A DNA stretch of 46,005 bases from positions 1-46,005 of the forward strand of contig JAFMIT010000001.1 in assembly GCA_017853815.1 (NCBI GenBank), read 5' to 3'. The notes below the pieces were generated by a model. It was not told the origin of the DNA and did not search any database. It was given only the letters and a program-made list of their open reading frames with translations. This stretch comes from Actinomycetota bacterium (lineage in GTDB: Bacteria; Actinomycetota; Actinomycetes; S36-B12; UBA5976). Shown piece after piece: positions 1 to 9,259 of this stretch. Numbering within the stretch: the stretch's first letter is position 1; each line of letters begins with the position of its first letter. The position numbers and the translations under genes are program-made.

Positions 1-726
1 GCTGACATCGCCACAATGGGTGCCGTACCTGTGGCCATCACTATTGCGTTAGCTGTGCCACCAACGACGCACATAACCTGGCTCGAAGGGTTCATGGTCG
101 GCATCGAAGCTGAATGCAAACCTCTCAACGTCGAGGTGGTGGGTGGGGACATGTCGCGTTCGGATCGCATCATGATCTCGATTACGGCCCTCGGCCACCG
201 CAGAGGTTTGCCCGCAGTGACCCGGGCGGAGGCGCAGCCAGGTGATGTCGTCGCGGTGGCTGGTCGGCTCGGCTATGCAGCCGCAGGGCTTGCGTGCATT
301 CAACGAGGCCATCGAAGCCCGCGCGAAGCTGTCGATGCTTTCCTAACGCCCACGCCACCGTATGCGGCCGGTCCTGCCGCCGCCAAGGCAGGCGCCACAG
401 CCATGATTGACATCAGCGATGGCTTGCTGGCAGACGTCAGACACATCGCCAACGCCAGCGGGGTGACCATCGATCTCGATGCCAACGCAATTGCCCCAGA
501 CGAATTTCTCAGCAACCTAGCGCGGAACATGGCCGAAGACGCCATGGACTGGGTGCGCAACGGGGGAGAAGACCATGCGCTGGTCGCAGTTTTCCCATCT
601 GGAAAGCGGTTGCCAGCTGCTTTCCGCCCCATTGGCCGGGTCCTCGACCGAGACGTTTTAGGCGTGCCCGTGCTCATTGGCGGTGCTCAAGCCCCCAAAA
701 TCGAGGGTCACGACCACTTCCGCTGA
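1..726 (+). CDS. thiL: thiamine-monophosphate kinase (5' end lies outside the window)
   Basis: Frame 1 is open from base 1 (ADIATMGAVP...), so the ATG at 16 is internal. Motifs 'IDISDGLLADVRHIA' and 'GGEDHALV' fit the ThiL/AIR-synthase family. Conserved thiL-rpmB-DAK2-recG neighbourhood. Confidence 0.8.
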   Translation, partial: ADIATMGAVPVAITIALAVPPTTHITWLEGFMVGIEAECKPLNVEVVGGDMSRSDRIMISITALGHRRGLPAVTRAEAQPGDVVAVAGRLGYAAAGLACIQRGHRSPREAVDAFLTPTPPYAAGPAAAKAGATAMIDISDGLLADVRHIANASGVTIDLDANAIAPDEFLSNLARNMAEDAMDWVRNGGEDHALVAVFPSGKRLPAAFRPIGRVLDRDVLGVPVLIGGAQAPKIEGHDHFR

Positions 727-819
727 CCTCGGTTTGGGACTCAGGCGGGGTTTCGGCTAACCTTCGCCATCGCTGACCGCTCGACGGTCACCATCCGACT
801 TACTACAAGGAGTTCCATC

Positions 820-1011
820 GTGGCTTCAAACTGCGACGTCTGCGGCAAGGGCCCAGGTTTCGGGCACTCGATCTCGCATTCGCATATCCGCAACAAGCGC
901 CGCTGGAACCCAAACATCCAGCGCGTCCGCACCATCATCGGTGGCACTCCACAGCGCGTGAACGTCTGCGTTGCTTGCCTCAAGGCCGGCAAGGTCAATC
1001 GCGCCGTCTAG
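820..1011 (+). CDS. rpmB: 50S ribosomal protein L28 (zinc-ribbon C+ form)
   Basis: 63-aa ORF with a GTG start preceded by AAGGAG. L28 signature 'HSHIRNKRRWNPNIQRV'. Two CxxC pairs (CDVC, CVAC). Confidence 0.93.
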   Translation: MASNCDVCGKGPGFGHSISHSHIRNKRRWNPNIQRVRTIIGGTPQRVNVCVACLKAGKVNRAV

Positions 1012-1022
1012 TCCAAAGATTT

Positions 1023-1060
1023 CGGCCGCCACTTTCGTAGGATTGTGGCGGCCGTTTTTT
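1023..1060 (+). terminator. rho-independent terminator after rpmB
   Basis: 10-bp GC-rich stem cggccgccac (1023-1032) / gtggcggccg (1045-1054), followed by a T6 run (1055-1060). Confidence 0.8.
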
Positions 1061-1101
1061 GTTGCCACCCTCGCGACTGCATCCGCCCCTGAGAGGAGGA
1101 G

Positions 1102-2628
1102 ATGATGTCTCACCTAGACGACGCCGTCATCATCCGCCGCTGGGCTGAAGTAGGTGTTGAGGTGCTTCGCTCACATCGCGCTGAACTCAACGCTCTCAAT
1201 GTGTTTCCCGTTCCCGACGGAGACACGGGCACAAATTTGTATCTGACGTTTCGGGCTGCCGCTGAAGCTGAGGCCGCACGAACGGGAGCACCTGATGATG
1301 CACGAGATGCGCTGAACTCCATGGCTCGCGGCGCGCTCCTCGGTGCGCGTGGCAATAGTGGAGTCATCTTGGCTCAAGTGCTTCAAGCGGTAGCGCAGTC
1401 GGTGGCCGCAACCTCAGGCGGACTCAATTTCAAACACATCATGGTCACTGTCGCTCAGGCAGCTCGCTCGGCGGTCGCAGATCCTCAAGAAGGAACTGCG
1501 CTGACGGTTCTTGATGCGGCCGCTGCGGCACTGGCGAACGAACCAAGTGTTGCCGCCTCTGCGGCCCGCGAATCGCTAGAACGAACAACGGATATGTTGC
1601 CGATTCTTCGCGCCGCTGGTGTCGTCGATGCTGGCGGTCGCGGCGCGGTGTTATTGCTCGATGCTCTCAATGCCATTTGGCATGGCGCTGACTTCGACTC
1701 GCCTTCAGTCGGTTTCGTACCAGATGCGGCACCTCATGCCGCCGCATGTGATGCGGATGCAGCGTATGAAGTCATGTTCGTTGTTGCGACTTCTCGCGCC
1801 GATGAAGTTGTTGGCGCTATCGAGAATCATGGTGTGAGCCTTGTCGTGACCCGCGGTGCGGAATTGACGCACATCCACCTTCATGCTGATGCCCCGGAGC
1901 TCGTGCTCGCGCGAGTTGGTGCCATCACCGAGGTGAAACATGTTCGAATGGAATCGTTGACGGCGACGCCACGAGCACGATCGCTGGTAGCGCAAGCTTT
2001 TGGAAGCGGAATTGTGCGTGTGCTCGTCGACGCTGGCGTCACGATTGTGCCTTGCGAACCCGACGCGCGCGCAAGCGTGCAGGATTTTGTTAGTGCTGCA
2101 CTGAAGAGCGGCGCTCGCGAAGTCATCGTGCTACCTGGTGACAAAGACAGTTTGTCGGTGGCATCGATTGCTGCAGAAGAACTGAAGCGTGAAGCCATTC
2201 GTGCAGTGGTGGTTCCAACACAATTCATAACAGAGACTCTTGCTGCAGTCTCTGTGGCTGACATGGATAGTGACATTGAAAAACTTGTTCGCTCTCTAAC
2301 CGAAGCCAGCGAAGCCGTCACAACTCTCACCGTCTCGGTAGCGAGCCGCGACAGTCAGACGCCAATCGGTGCCATCTCGGCGGGAGACTTTCTGGGATTT
2401 ATCAATGGCGACATTCGCGCCGCTGCTACGTCACTCGAAAGCGCAGTCGAAGCAGTCATTGGCGCCGTGACAGAAGCTCAGTTGATAACGGTCATTGTTG
2501 GCAGCCATGTCAGCGAGAGCGAACGACGTTCCGCCCTTGAACTCTTAGAGCAGAGTTTTGAGTCGGCTGAGTTCTACATTGTTGAAGGCCACCAAGACGT
2601 TTGGCGATTGATGGTGGGCTTCGAATAA
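1102..2628 (+). CDS. DAK2 (DhaL-like) domain protein, YloV family
   Basis: 'VPDGDTGTNLYLT' DhaL-type motif near the N-terminus. ~500-aa YloV-like length. GAGGAGGAG RBS. Conserved position directly upstream of recG. Confidence 0.85.
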   Translation: MMSHLDDAVIIRRWAEVGVEVLRSHRAELNALNVFPVPDGDTGTNLYLTFRAAAEAEAARTGAPDDARDALNSMARGALLGARGNSGVILAQVLQAVAQSVAATSGGLNFKHIMVTVAQAARSAVADPQEGTALTVLDAAAAALANEPSVAASAARESLERTTDMLPILRAAGVVDAGGRGAVLLLDALNAIWHGADFDSPSVGFVPDAAPHAAACDADAAYEVMFVVATSRADEVVGAIENHGVSLVVTRGAELTHIHLHADAPELVLARVGAITEVKHVRMESLTATPRARSLVAQAFGSGIVRVLVDAGVTIVPCEPDARASVQDFVSAALKSGAREVIVLPGDKDSLSVASIAAEELKREAIRAVVVPTQFITETLAAVSVADMDSDIEKLVRSLTEASEAVTTLTVSVASRDSQTPIGAISAGDFLGFINGDIRAAATSLESAVEAVIGAVTEAQLITVIVGSHVSESERRSALELLEQSFESAEFYIVEGHQDVWRLMVGFE

Positions 2629-4814
2629 TGCATGGACTCACCACCCCATTGAAAGAAGTCGTCGGCGGTCAAACAGCTGCACGATTCGCCAAAGCGTTTG
2701 AGATTGTGACCGTCGAAGATTTGCTACGACATTTTCCCCGTCGGTACACCAACCGCGGCGAACTCACCGACATGGCGGGTCTTCAGGTTGACGAGCACGT
2801 CACCATCATGGCGGACGTGATGTCGGTGACCAAGCGTTCGATGAAAGCGCGCAAGGGAAGTTTGCTGGAAGTGCTTGTCACGGACGGCACAGGTTCGCTG
2901 AAGTTGACGTTCTTTAATCAAGACTGGCGGGAACGCGACCTGAGAGTCGGTCGACGCGGACTCTTCAGTGGCAAAGTAACGGTGTTCAATAATTCGCGGC
3001 AGCTAGCACATCCCACCTACGTGTTGATGCCCAACGATGTGGAACCAGAACCTGAAGAAGTTGCAGCCTTCGCGCGCGCATTGATTCCGGTGTATCCGGC
3101 TGCGTCGAACCTCGCGTCGTGGGTGATTGAGCGCACGGTGAACCTCGCCATCGATGGACTCGATCCGCTCATCAAAGATCCCATTCCTGAAGAGATTCGT
3201 GAGAGCCAGCAGCTACTCGGGATTTTTGAAGCGTTCACACAGATTCATCAGCCCACGACCATGGACGAAGTGCGCGCTGCCCGCGCGCGGTTCGCGTTTG
3301 AAGAGGCGTTGACGTACCAAACCATTCTCGCGCAGCGCCGACTCGACGCAGAAGGCGCGCTCGCAACTGCGCGACCAGGTAAACAGCAGGCGGCGCTCGC
3401 CACGTTCGATGAGTCACTTCCTTTCACGCTGACCACGGGACAGCGCGCGGTGTGTGACGAAATATTCTCCGACATGCGCCAAAGTCATCCCATGCACCGG
3501 CTGCTCCAAGGAGAAGTCGGCAGCGGCAAGACGGTGTGCGCTTTGCGTGCCATGCTGCAGGTTGTCGATTCTGGGGGACAAGCCGCACTGCTTGCTCCGA
3601 CAGAGGTGTTGGCGCAGCAGCATTACCGCTCGATTCGCAAGATGCTCGGCGATTTGGTCTCTGAGGAAAGCATTTTTGGAGAGCGGCCTGCTCACGCAAC
3701 CGAAGTCACCTTGCTCACGGGGTCTATGCCAAAAGCTGCGCAACGCAAAGCACTGCTTGATGCAAGCAGCGGAACCGCAGGCATCGTGATTGGTACGCAC
3801 TCACTGATCCAAGACCGCGTGCAGTTCGCTGATCTTGGTCTAGTTGTCGTGGATGAACAGCACCGCTTCGGCGTGGAGCAGCGGGCGGCGCTTGCGGCGA
3901 AATCTCTTGAAGGAACTCGCCCACATGTTCTCGTGATGACAGCGACGCCGATTCCGCGCACTGTCGCGATGACCGTTTTTGGAGATCTCGACATTTCCAC
4001 GTTGGCGGAACTTCCAGCCGGACGTGCCCCAATCACCACTCATGTTGTGCCCGCAGCAGAGAAGCCACAATTTCTCGATCGCACGTGGAAAAGAATCCAA
4101 GAAGAAGTCGCACAGGGACGACAGGTGTACGTCGTTGCTCCTCGCATCACGGCGACAGTTATCGACGACGTCGAAGAGGTTTTTGATGAAAACTCTTCGA
4201 TCGCCGCGGCCACTGTTGAAGAGCTGTTTCACTTCTTGAGCGCTGGCCCGCTTTTTGGTTTGAAGCTTGCACAACTTCATGGTCAACTTCCCGCAGATGT
4301 TAAAGACGATGTGATGCAATCTTTCGCACGCGGAGAGATCGATGTACTTATTGCCACGACCGTAATTGAGGTAGGTGTCGACGTTCATAACGCGACGATG
4401 ATGGTGATCATGGACGCAGATCGCTTTGGTGTGTCACAACTTCATCAGTTGCGCGGTCGCGTCGGTCGTGGCGGTCTGCCTGGACTTTGTTTGCTCGTCA
4501 CCAACACGGAGGCCGGCTCCCCGGCCCGTGCACGGCTGGAAGCGGTGGCTGCGAGTGTCGATGGTTTTGAGTTGTCGCGAGTCGACCTTGAACAACGTCG
4601 AGAAGGAGACGTGCTCGGGGTGGCACAAAGTGGTCGCCGCTCAAGCCTGCGCGTTCTGAATGTGTTGCGCGATGAAGACGTGATTGAACGTGCCCGCGAC
4701 TGTGCCGTCGCTCTGGTGCTCGCGGATCCGAATCTTTCTCAGCACCCAGCTCTCGCCAAGCGCATTGCCGCAGTGCTGGACGAAGAACGAGCCGAATACC
4801 TCGAGAAGGCATGA
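2628..4814 (+). CDS. recG: ATP-dependent DNA helicase RecG
   Basis: Walker A 'GEVGSGKT', 'VVDEQHRFG' (DEQH box) and 'QLRGRVGRG' motif VI. The ATG at 2628 overlaps the upstream stop (TAATG). The TTG at 2601 in the ORF track is a less likely alternative. Confidence 0.93.
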   Translation: MHGLTTPLKEVVGGQTAARFAKAFEIVTVEDLLRHFPRRYTNRGELTDMAGLQVDEHVTIMADVMSVTKRSMKARKGSLLEVLVTDGTGSLKLTFFNQDWRERDLRVGRRGLFSGKVTVFNNSRQLAHPTYVLMPNDVEPEPEEVAAFARALIPVYPAASNLASWVIERTVNLAIDGLDPLIKDPIPEEIRESQQLLGIFEAFTQIHQPTTMDEVRAARARFAFEEALTYQTILAQRRLDAEGALATARPGKQQAALATFDESLPFTLTTGQRAVCDEIFSDMRQSHPMHRLLQGEVGSGKTVCALRAMLQVVDSGGQAALLAPTEVLAQQHYRSIRKMLGDLVSEESIFGERPAHATEVTLLTGSMPKAAQRKALLDASSGTAGIVIGTHSLIQDRVQFADLGLVVVDEQHRFGVEQRAALAAKSLEGTRPHVLVMTATPIPRTVAMTVFGDLDISTLAELPAGRAPITTHVVPAAEKPQFLDRTWKRIQEEVAQGRQVYVVAPRITATVIDDVEEVFDENSSIAAATVEELFHFLSAGPLFGLKLAQLHGQLPADVKDDVMQSFARGEIDVLIATTVIEVGVDVHNATMMVIMDADRFGVSQLHQLRGRVGRGGLPGLCLLVTNTEAGSPARARLEAVAASVDGFELSRVDLEQRREGDVLGVAQSGRRSSLRVLNVLRDEDVIERARDCAVALVLADPNLSQHPALAKRIAAVLDEERAEYLEKA

Positions 4815-4815
4815 C

Positions 4816-5367
4816 ATGACCCGCATCATTTCTGGCACGGCGCGTGGCCGCTCATTGAAAGTTCCGCCTGCGGGAACCCGCCCTACCTCGGATCGAGTGC
4901 GTGAATCGATTTTCAATGCGCTTTCCCATCGACTCGGGAATTGGCATGAACTGACGGTTCTTGATCTTTATGCGGGCTCGGGTGCTTTAGCGCTCGAGGC
5001 GCTGTCCCGCGGAGCGGCGAAGGCGGTCGCTGTTGAGAAATCGCCGGGTGCGTCAGCAATCATTCGGCAAAACTCTCAGTCTCTTGGTTTGCCGCTCACG
5101 GTCGTCACGGCTTCCGTGGAGGGATTCCTCTCAAAACCAGCGCAATCGGCTTTTGACGTGGTTTTTCTCGACCCTCCGTACGAACTTGAATCCACAGCGC
5201 TCACCGACGTACTCAGTCAGCTCGTCGAGCAGGGCCATATCGCGCCTGATTCAGTCGTGGTGGTGGAGCGCAGCGCTCGCAGTGAGCCCATTGAGCCGCC
5301 TAAACCACTGGTCCAAGCAGATCTCCGTGCTCACGGTGAAACGTCGGTTCTGACCCTCGTTTGGTAG
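4816..5367 (+). CDS. rsmD: 16S rRNA (guanine966-N2)-methyltransferase RsmD
   Basis: 'TRPTSDRVRESIFN', 'DLYAGSGALALEALSRGA' (SAM-binding) and 'FLDPPY' motifs. The ATG at 4816 lies 1 nt after the recG stop. The 44-aa upstream extension in the ORF track overlaps recG and is rejected. Confidence 0.88.
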   Translation: MTRIISGTARGRSLKVPPAGTRPTSDRVRESIFNALSHRLGNWHELTVLDLYAGSGALALEALSRGAAKAVAVEKSPGASAIIRQNSQSLGLPLTVVTASVEGFLSKPAQSAFDVVFLDPPYELESTALTDVLSQLVEQGHIAPDSVVVVERSARSEPIEPPKPLVQADLRAHGETSVLTLVW

Positions 5368-5403
5368 GTTCGCCCCCTGAGCAGCCTGTAAAAAGGGGAA
5401 CAA

Positions 5404-5889
5404 ATGCGTACTGCCGTATGCCCGGGATCCTTCGATCCCGTCACGAACGGACACCTCGATGTGTTCGGTCGAGCAGCGGCGATGTACGACGAAGTGACGG
5501 TTGCGGTCTTGAGCAACTCCACCAAAAGCGCTCTCTTCACCATCGACGAACGCATAGCTTTGCTCCGCGAGGCGGTGGCGCCGTGGGCAAACATCAAAGT
5601 TGCCACTTTCCAAGGGCTGCTCGTCGAGTTCTGCCAGAAGAACGAGATTGGCGTTATCGTCAAAGGACTTCGCGCAGTCTCGGACTTTGATTACGAACTT
5701 CAGATGGCACAGATGAATTACCGGCTTGCCAAGGTAGAGACGGCATTTATTGCCACCAATCCTGAGTATGGCTACCTGTCGTCATCGCTCATCAAGGAAA
5801 TCAGTCGCAACGGCGGAGACGTCAGCGGTCTGGTTCCTGACAACGTTTTACAAGCACTCGGCGAACGCCACAATGGAGGCAAGTCATGA
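5404..5889 (+). CDS. coaD: phosphopantetheine adenylyltransferase
   Basis: 'CPGSFDPVTNGHLDV' nucleotidyltransferase motif. 161 aa. rsmD-coaD synteny. Confidence 0.93.
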   Translation: MRTAVCPGSFDPVTNGHLDVFGRAAAMYDEVTVAVLSNSTKSALFTIDERIALLREAVAPWANIKVATFQGLLVEFCQKNEIGVIVKGLRAVSDFDYELQMAQMNYRLAKVETAFIATNPEYGYLSSSLIKEISRNGGDVSGLVPDNVLQALGERHNGGKS

Positions 5890-6407
5890 AGGTCCAAGCA
5901 CTGGTGGCAGATGCCATCGCGATGATGGAGGCCGCAAAGGCGATGCCTTTGTCACAGTCGTGCATTGTCAACCGGGGCGAGTTCCTCGACATTCTTGATG
6001 ACATTGCGGCGGCGCTCCCAGCTGAGTTGAGCCAAGCAGCCGCACTGCTGAAAGACCGCGAATTAGTCATTGAGGACGCTCATAGCGAAGCAAACCGAAT
6101 TGTCGCGCTTGCGCGAGCCGAAGCGGCGGTTCTCGTGTCGCAGGAGCGCGTCTACAAGGACGCCTTGGCCGAAGTTGAGCGGCTGCGCGATGCCAACGAT
6201 GCCGAAATCTTGCGAAAGCGCCGTGAGCTCGACGATTACGTCGACGCCAAGCTCGGTGCTTTTGAGGCAGCCCTCGTGAAGACCCTCAGCGCTGTCCAGA
6301 CTGGCCGCGAGCGCACAGCGGTGCGGTTGCAGGCCGAACTGTCCACCGATGACGGCCCGAACGATCCAGGCAACTTCTTCGGCGACTGGAACGACCCCCG
6401 CCCGTAG
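5886..6407 (+). CDS. DivIVA-family coiled-coil protein, SepIVA (Rv2927c)-like by position
   Basis: ATGA start/stop overlap with coaD. 'MPLSQSCIVNRGEFLDILDDIAAALPAEL' is followed by a long Ala/Glu/Arg coiled coil and 'DDYVDAKLGAFEAAL'. It sits directly upstream of yceD, like the mycobacterial SepIVA gene. The name is an inference from memory of that family. Confidence 0.55.
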   Translation: MKVQALVADAIAMMEAAKAMPLSQSCIVNRGEFLDILDDIAAALPAELSQAAALLKDRELVIEDAHSEANRIVALARAEAAVLVSQERVYKDALAEVERLRDANDAEILRKRRELDDYVDAKLGAFEAALVKTLSAVQTGRERTAVRLQAELSTDDGPNDPGNFFGDWNDPRP

Positions 6408-6422
6408 GCCCGATCCGAGCGT

Positions 6423-6449
6423 CCATCGGCAGTCCGATGGTCGGTTTTT
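6423..6449 (+). terminator. putative intrinsic terminator
   Basis: 7-bp stem ccatcgg/ccgatgg with a 4-nt loop, then tcgg plus a T5 run (6445-6449), 16 nt after the upstream stop codon. Confidence 0.5.
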
Positions 6450-6574
6450 GGGCTTAGCCCCTCATCAGGTAACCTTCGCCCGCTCCATTTCGGTGGAGCC
6501 GGTCGGAGGGCCGACTTCTGTAGCTCTGCGTCTGTGAGGACATCCTGAACACCCTGGATCCACGCGCGCCACTG

Positions 6575-7090
6575 GTGATCGACACCCACGAACTGGGTCG
6601 TCGCGCCGGGGCCATGCTTTCGCGTGAACTCACTGTCGCGGCGCCGCCAGATTTCGGAACCGAAGTCATCGGAGCACCTGTCGGCTCCGAGTTGCAGATT
6701 GCTCTGCGGCTCGAGGCAGTCATCGAAGGTGTCCTAGTGACTGGAGAAGTCGAAGCGACTATCGAGGGCGAATGCTCTCGGTGTCTCGCGCCGCTCTCCT
6801 CGGAGATGGTCGTTGACTTCCAGGAGTTATACGAACACCCCGATGACGACAACAAAACAGAAGACTCGTTACTGCTCGAGGGCGACCTGCTCGATCTTGA
6901 GCCAGTGCTGCGAGATGCGGTTGTGCTTGCACTTCCACTCGCTCCACTGTGTTCCGAGGACTGCTTAGGTCTGTGTACCGAATGTGGCTTCGAACTGAAT
7001 AACGATCCTGAACATCATCACGATACTGTCGATGCTCGATGGCTGGCCCTTGAAGGTCTGCTCAAGAGCGACGACTCGAAGGAAGGCTGA
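6575..7090 (+). CDS. yceD: YceD/DUF177 family protein (large-subunit rRNA accumulation protein)
   Basis: 'ECSRCLAPL' and '[17 protein letters not shown]' cysteine pairs. An acidic stretch. Immediately upstream of rpmF. GTG 6575 is the first canonical start; the true start may be earlier (see findings). Confidence 0.85.
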   Translation: MIDTHELGRRAGAMLSRELTVAAPPDFGTEVIGAPVGSELQIALRLEAVIEGVLVTGEVEATIEGECSRCLAPLSSEMVVDFQELYEHPDDDNKTEDSLLLEGDLLDLEPVLRDAVVLALPLAPLCSEDCLGLCTECGFELNNDPEHHHDTVDARWLALEGLLKSDDSKEG

Positions 7091-7095
7091 CCCCG

Positions 7096-7269
7096 ATGGC
7101 AGTACCCAAGCGCAAAATGTCGCGTTCAAACACGCGTGCGCGTCGTTCGCAGTGGAAGACCACCCCTGCATCGCTGGTGTCATGCGACCGCTGCCGTGCA
7201 CCAAAGCTGCAGCACCGTGCGTGCGGCAACTGCGGTAGCTACGACAAGCGCCAAGTTCTCGACGTCTAA
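7096..7269 (+). CDS. rpmF: 50S ribosomal protein L32 (C+ zinc form); below the ORF-track size cut-off
   Basis: My translation is [57 protein letters not shown] (57 aa). 'AVPKRK.S' is the L32 N-terminal signature. CxxC...CxxC is present. Classic yceD-rpmF pairing. Confidence 0.93.
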   Translation: MAVPKRKMSRSNTRARRSQWKTTPASLVSCDRCRAPKLQHRACGNCGSYDKRQVLDV

Positions 7270-7280
7270 ATAACTTTCGA

Positions 7281-7323
7281 CGCACCCTAGCCACTCGTTT
7301 GAGCGGTTGGGGTGCGTTGTTGT
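7281..7323 (+). terminator. possible terminator after rpmF
   Basis: cgcaccc (7281-7287) pairs with gggtgcg (7310-7316). There is an imperfect inner stem. A T-rich tail ttgttgtgt follows. Confidence 0.4.
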
Positions 7324-7417
7324 GTCTGAAAGTTCTTAAACATTTTTCTGCAGCGCAATGCTGACGAGGGATTTAGCATGGTGCAGGGAAGACGCCAGCA
7401 ATCGAGAGGAGGCGGTG

Positions 7418-7678
7418 ATGGATTCGAAGAGCACCGTGCTGCCTGACATCGAGATTGTGATTGCTGCAACGGCACAGGTGCTCGAGATTCCGACTGAAGG
7501 GCTCTCGGTGGACACTCGCTTTGACAGCATCAACGCAGATTCCATCGCAATCATTGTCATCGCGGACGTCATCGAAACTCTCGATCCATCGGTCTGCGTT
7601 TCTGACGATGACATGCTGTTCGCGGCTACGCTTGGAGAAATGGCGGCTGCGATGAAACGGGTGGACGATGCCAGCTAG
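7418..7678 (+). CDS. small acidic acyl-carrier-protein-like (phosphopantetheine-binding) protein
   Basis: ATG 7418 is preceded by GAGAGGAGG with a 5-nt spacer. 86 aa. '[22 protein letters not shown]' fits the ACP helix II pattern D..F..(L/I)(G/N).DS(L/I), with the Ser of 'ADS' as the candidate attachment site. The gene overlaps the rnc start by 11 nt. Confidence 0.55.
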   Translation: MDSKSTVLPDIEIVIAATAQVLEIPTEGLSVDTRFDSINADSIAIIVIADVIETLDPSVCVSDDDMLFAATLGEMAAAMKRVDDAS

Positions 7679-8384
7679 CGGTGCTCACTCTCCGGACTTC
7701 GTCGACCTCCGCGCTCGGCTCGGTCACGATGTCTCCGATGAGTTGTTGTTGCTCTCTGTGACTCATCGATCGTATGCCTACGAAAACGGCAACGTGCCGA
7801 CGAACGAGCGACTCGAATTTCTCGGCGACTCAGTCCTTGGTCTCGTTGTCACCGAGACTCTGTATCGGCTTCACCCAGATCTGCCAGAAGGCCAGCTCGC
7901 AAAACTGCGTGCTGCGGTGGTTAACGCTAAAGCGCTCGCCGAAATTGGTCGCACGGTGGGGCTTGGCGAATTCTTGCTTCTAGGCAAAGGTGAAGAAGCC
8001 ACGGGCGGCCGAAGCAAGGCCTCGATTCTGGCCGATGCGACCGAAGCGGTCATCGGAGCGGTTTTTCTGGGCGCAGGACTCGAAGCCGCCACGCAATTGG
8101 TGCATACCTGGGTCGATCCTTTAATCGCTGCTGCATCGACACTCGGAGCAGGCCTAGATTGGAAGACAAGTCTCCAAGAATTAACGAGTCAACTTGGGAT
8201 GGGTGTTCCTGACTACGCCGTAACGGAGTCCGGCCCAGATCACGATAAGCGCTTCACTGCCCGAGTTCGTCTGGGTGACAGGCTGCTCGGCTACGGCGAG
8301 GGGCGCAGCAAGAAAGAAGCCGAACAGCAAGCCGCAGCTTCAGCATTCGCTGAGCTTGAGGCCGCGCCACTCTCGGATAGTTAG
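7668..8384 (+). CDS. rnc: ribonuclease III
   Basis: '[16 protein letters not shown]' RNase III signature. C-terminal dsRBD '[17 protein letters not shown]'. Confidence 0.93.
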   Translation: MPASGAHSPDFVDLRARLGHDVSDELLLLSVTHRSYAYENGNVPTNERLEFLGDSVLGLVVTETLYRLHPDLPEGQLAKLRAAVVNAKALAEIGRTVGLGEFLLLGKGEEATGGRSKASILADATEAVIGAVFLGAGLEAATQLVHTWVDPLIAAASTLGAGLDWKTSLQELTSQLGMGVPDYAVTESGPDHDKRFTARVRLGDRLLGYGEGRSKKEAEQQAAASAFAELEAAPLSDS

Positions 8385-8395
8385 CCAGAATCTCG

Positions 8396-9259
8396 GTGCC
8401 TGAACTTCCAGAAGTCGAGACGGTACGCGCGGGGCTCAGTGAGCACATCACGGGCGCACGTTTCGAGACCGTGACGGTTCTGCATTCGCGGCTCACCCGT
8501 CAACATGTGCGCGGTCCACGAGATTTTGAGAAAAGTCTCCGCCAACACACGATTCGCTGCGTCTCGCGCCGCGGCAAGTTCTTGTGGTTACCGCTCTCGG
8601 ATTCTGACCAGGCTCTCGTGATGCACCTTGGGATGAGTGGCCAAGCCCTTCTGGTGCCACCGGACGAACCTGACGAAAAACACCTGCGCATTCGCTTCGC
8701 ACTCGATCGTTCGGATGTCGAGCTTCGATACGTTGACCAGCGAATGTTCGGGGGAGCGCACGTAGACGAACTCGCTGAGGTGGACCACGGTCAGAGAGTG
8801 CCTGCCTCGGTACTCCACATCGCCCGAGATGCGCTCGATCCGCTTCTTGACCTGGAGCAAGTGGTCGCCGATATTCGGCGCCGCTCGGCAGGAATCAAAC
8901 AGCTTCTGCTCAACCAAAGCGTTGTCTCCGGTATTGGCAATATCTATGCGGATGAAGCTCTGTGGGCCGCCAAGGTGCACTACCTGACGCCTGGAAACCG
9001 CCTGAGCCGCGCAAAAGTTCGCGAGCTCCTCGGGGCCGTCCAAGCCGTGATGCGAGCGGCAGTTGCGGCCGGCGGTACGTCGTTTGATGACCTCTATGTA
9101 GGCGTGAACGGGGAGAGCGGCTGGTTTGATGTCAGCCTGCACGCCTACGGTCAAGAGGGCGAACCCTGCGATAGGTGTGGCCGCCCGATCGTCCGCGAAA
9201 GCTGGGCAAACCGTTCGTCATTTAGGTGCCCCCGCTGTCAGCCGAGGCCGAGAGCCTGA
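8396..9259 (+). CDS. mutM: formamidopyrimidine-DNA glycosylase
   Basis: GTG start giving 'MPELPEVETV' (catalytic N-terminal Pro). H2TH region. C-terminal zinc finger 'CDRCGRPI...FRCPRCQ'. Confidence 0.92.
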   Translation: MPELPEVETVRAGLSEHITGARFETVTVLHSRLTRQHVRGPRDFEKSLRQHTIRCVSRRGKFLWLPLSDSDQALVMHLGMSGQALLVPPDEPDEKHLRIRFALDRSDVELRYVDQRMFGGAHVDELAEVDHGQRVPASVLHIARDALDPLLDLEQVVADIRRRSAGIKQLLLNQSVVSGIGNIYADEALWAAKVHYLTPGNRLSRAKVRELLGAVQAVMRAAVAAGGTSFDDLYVGVNGESGWFDVSLHAYGQEGEPCDRCGRPIVRESWANRSSFRCPRCQPRPRA

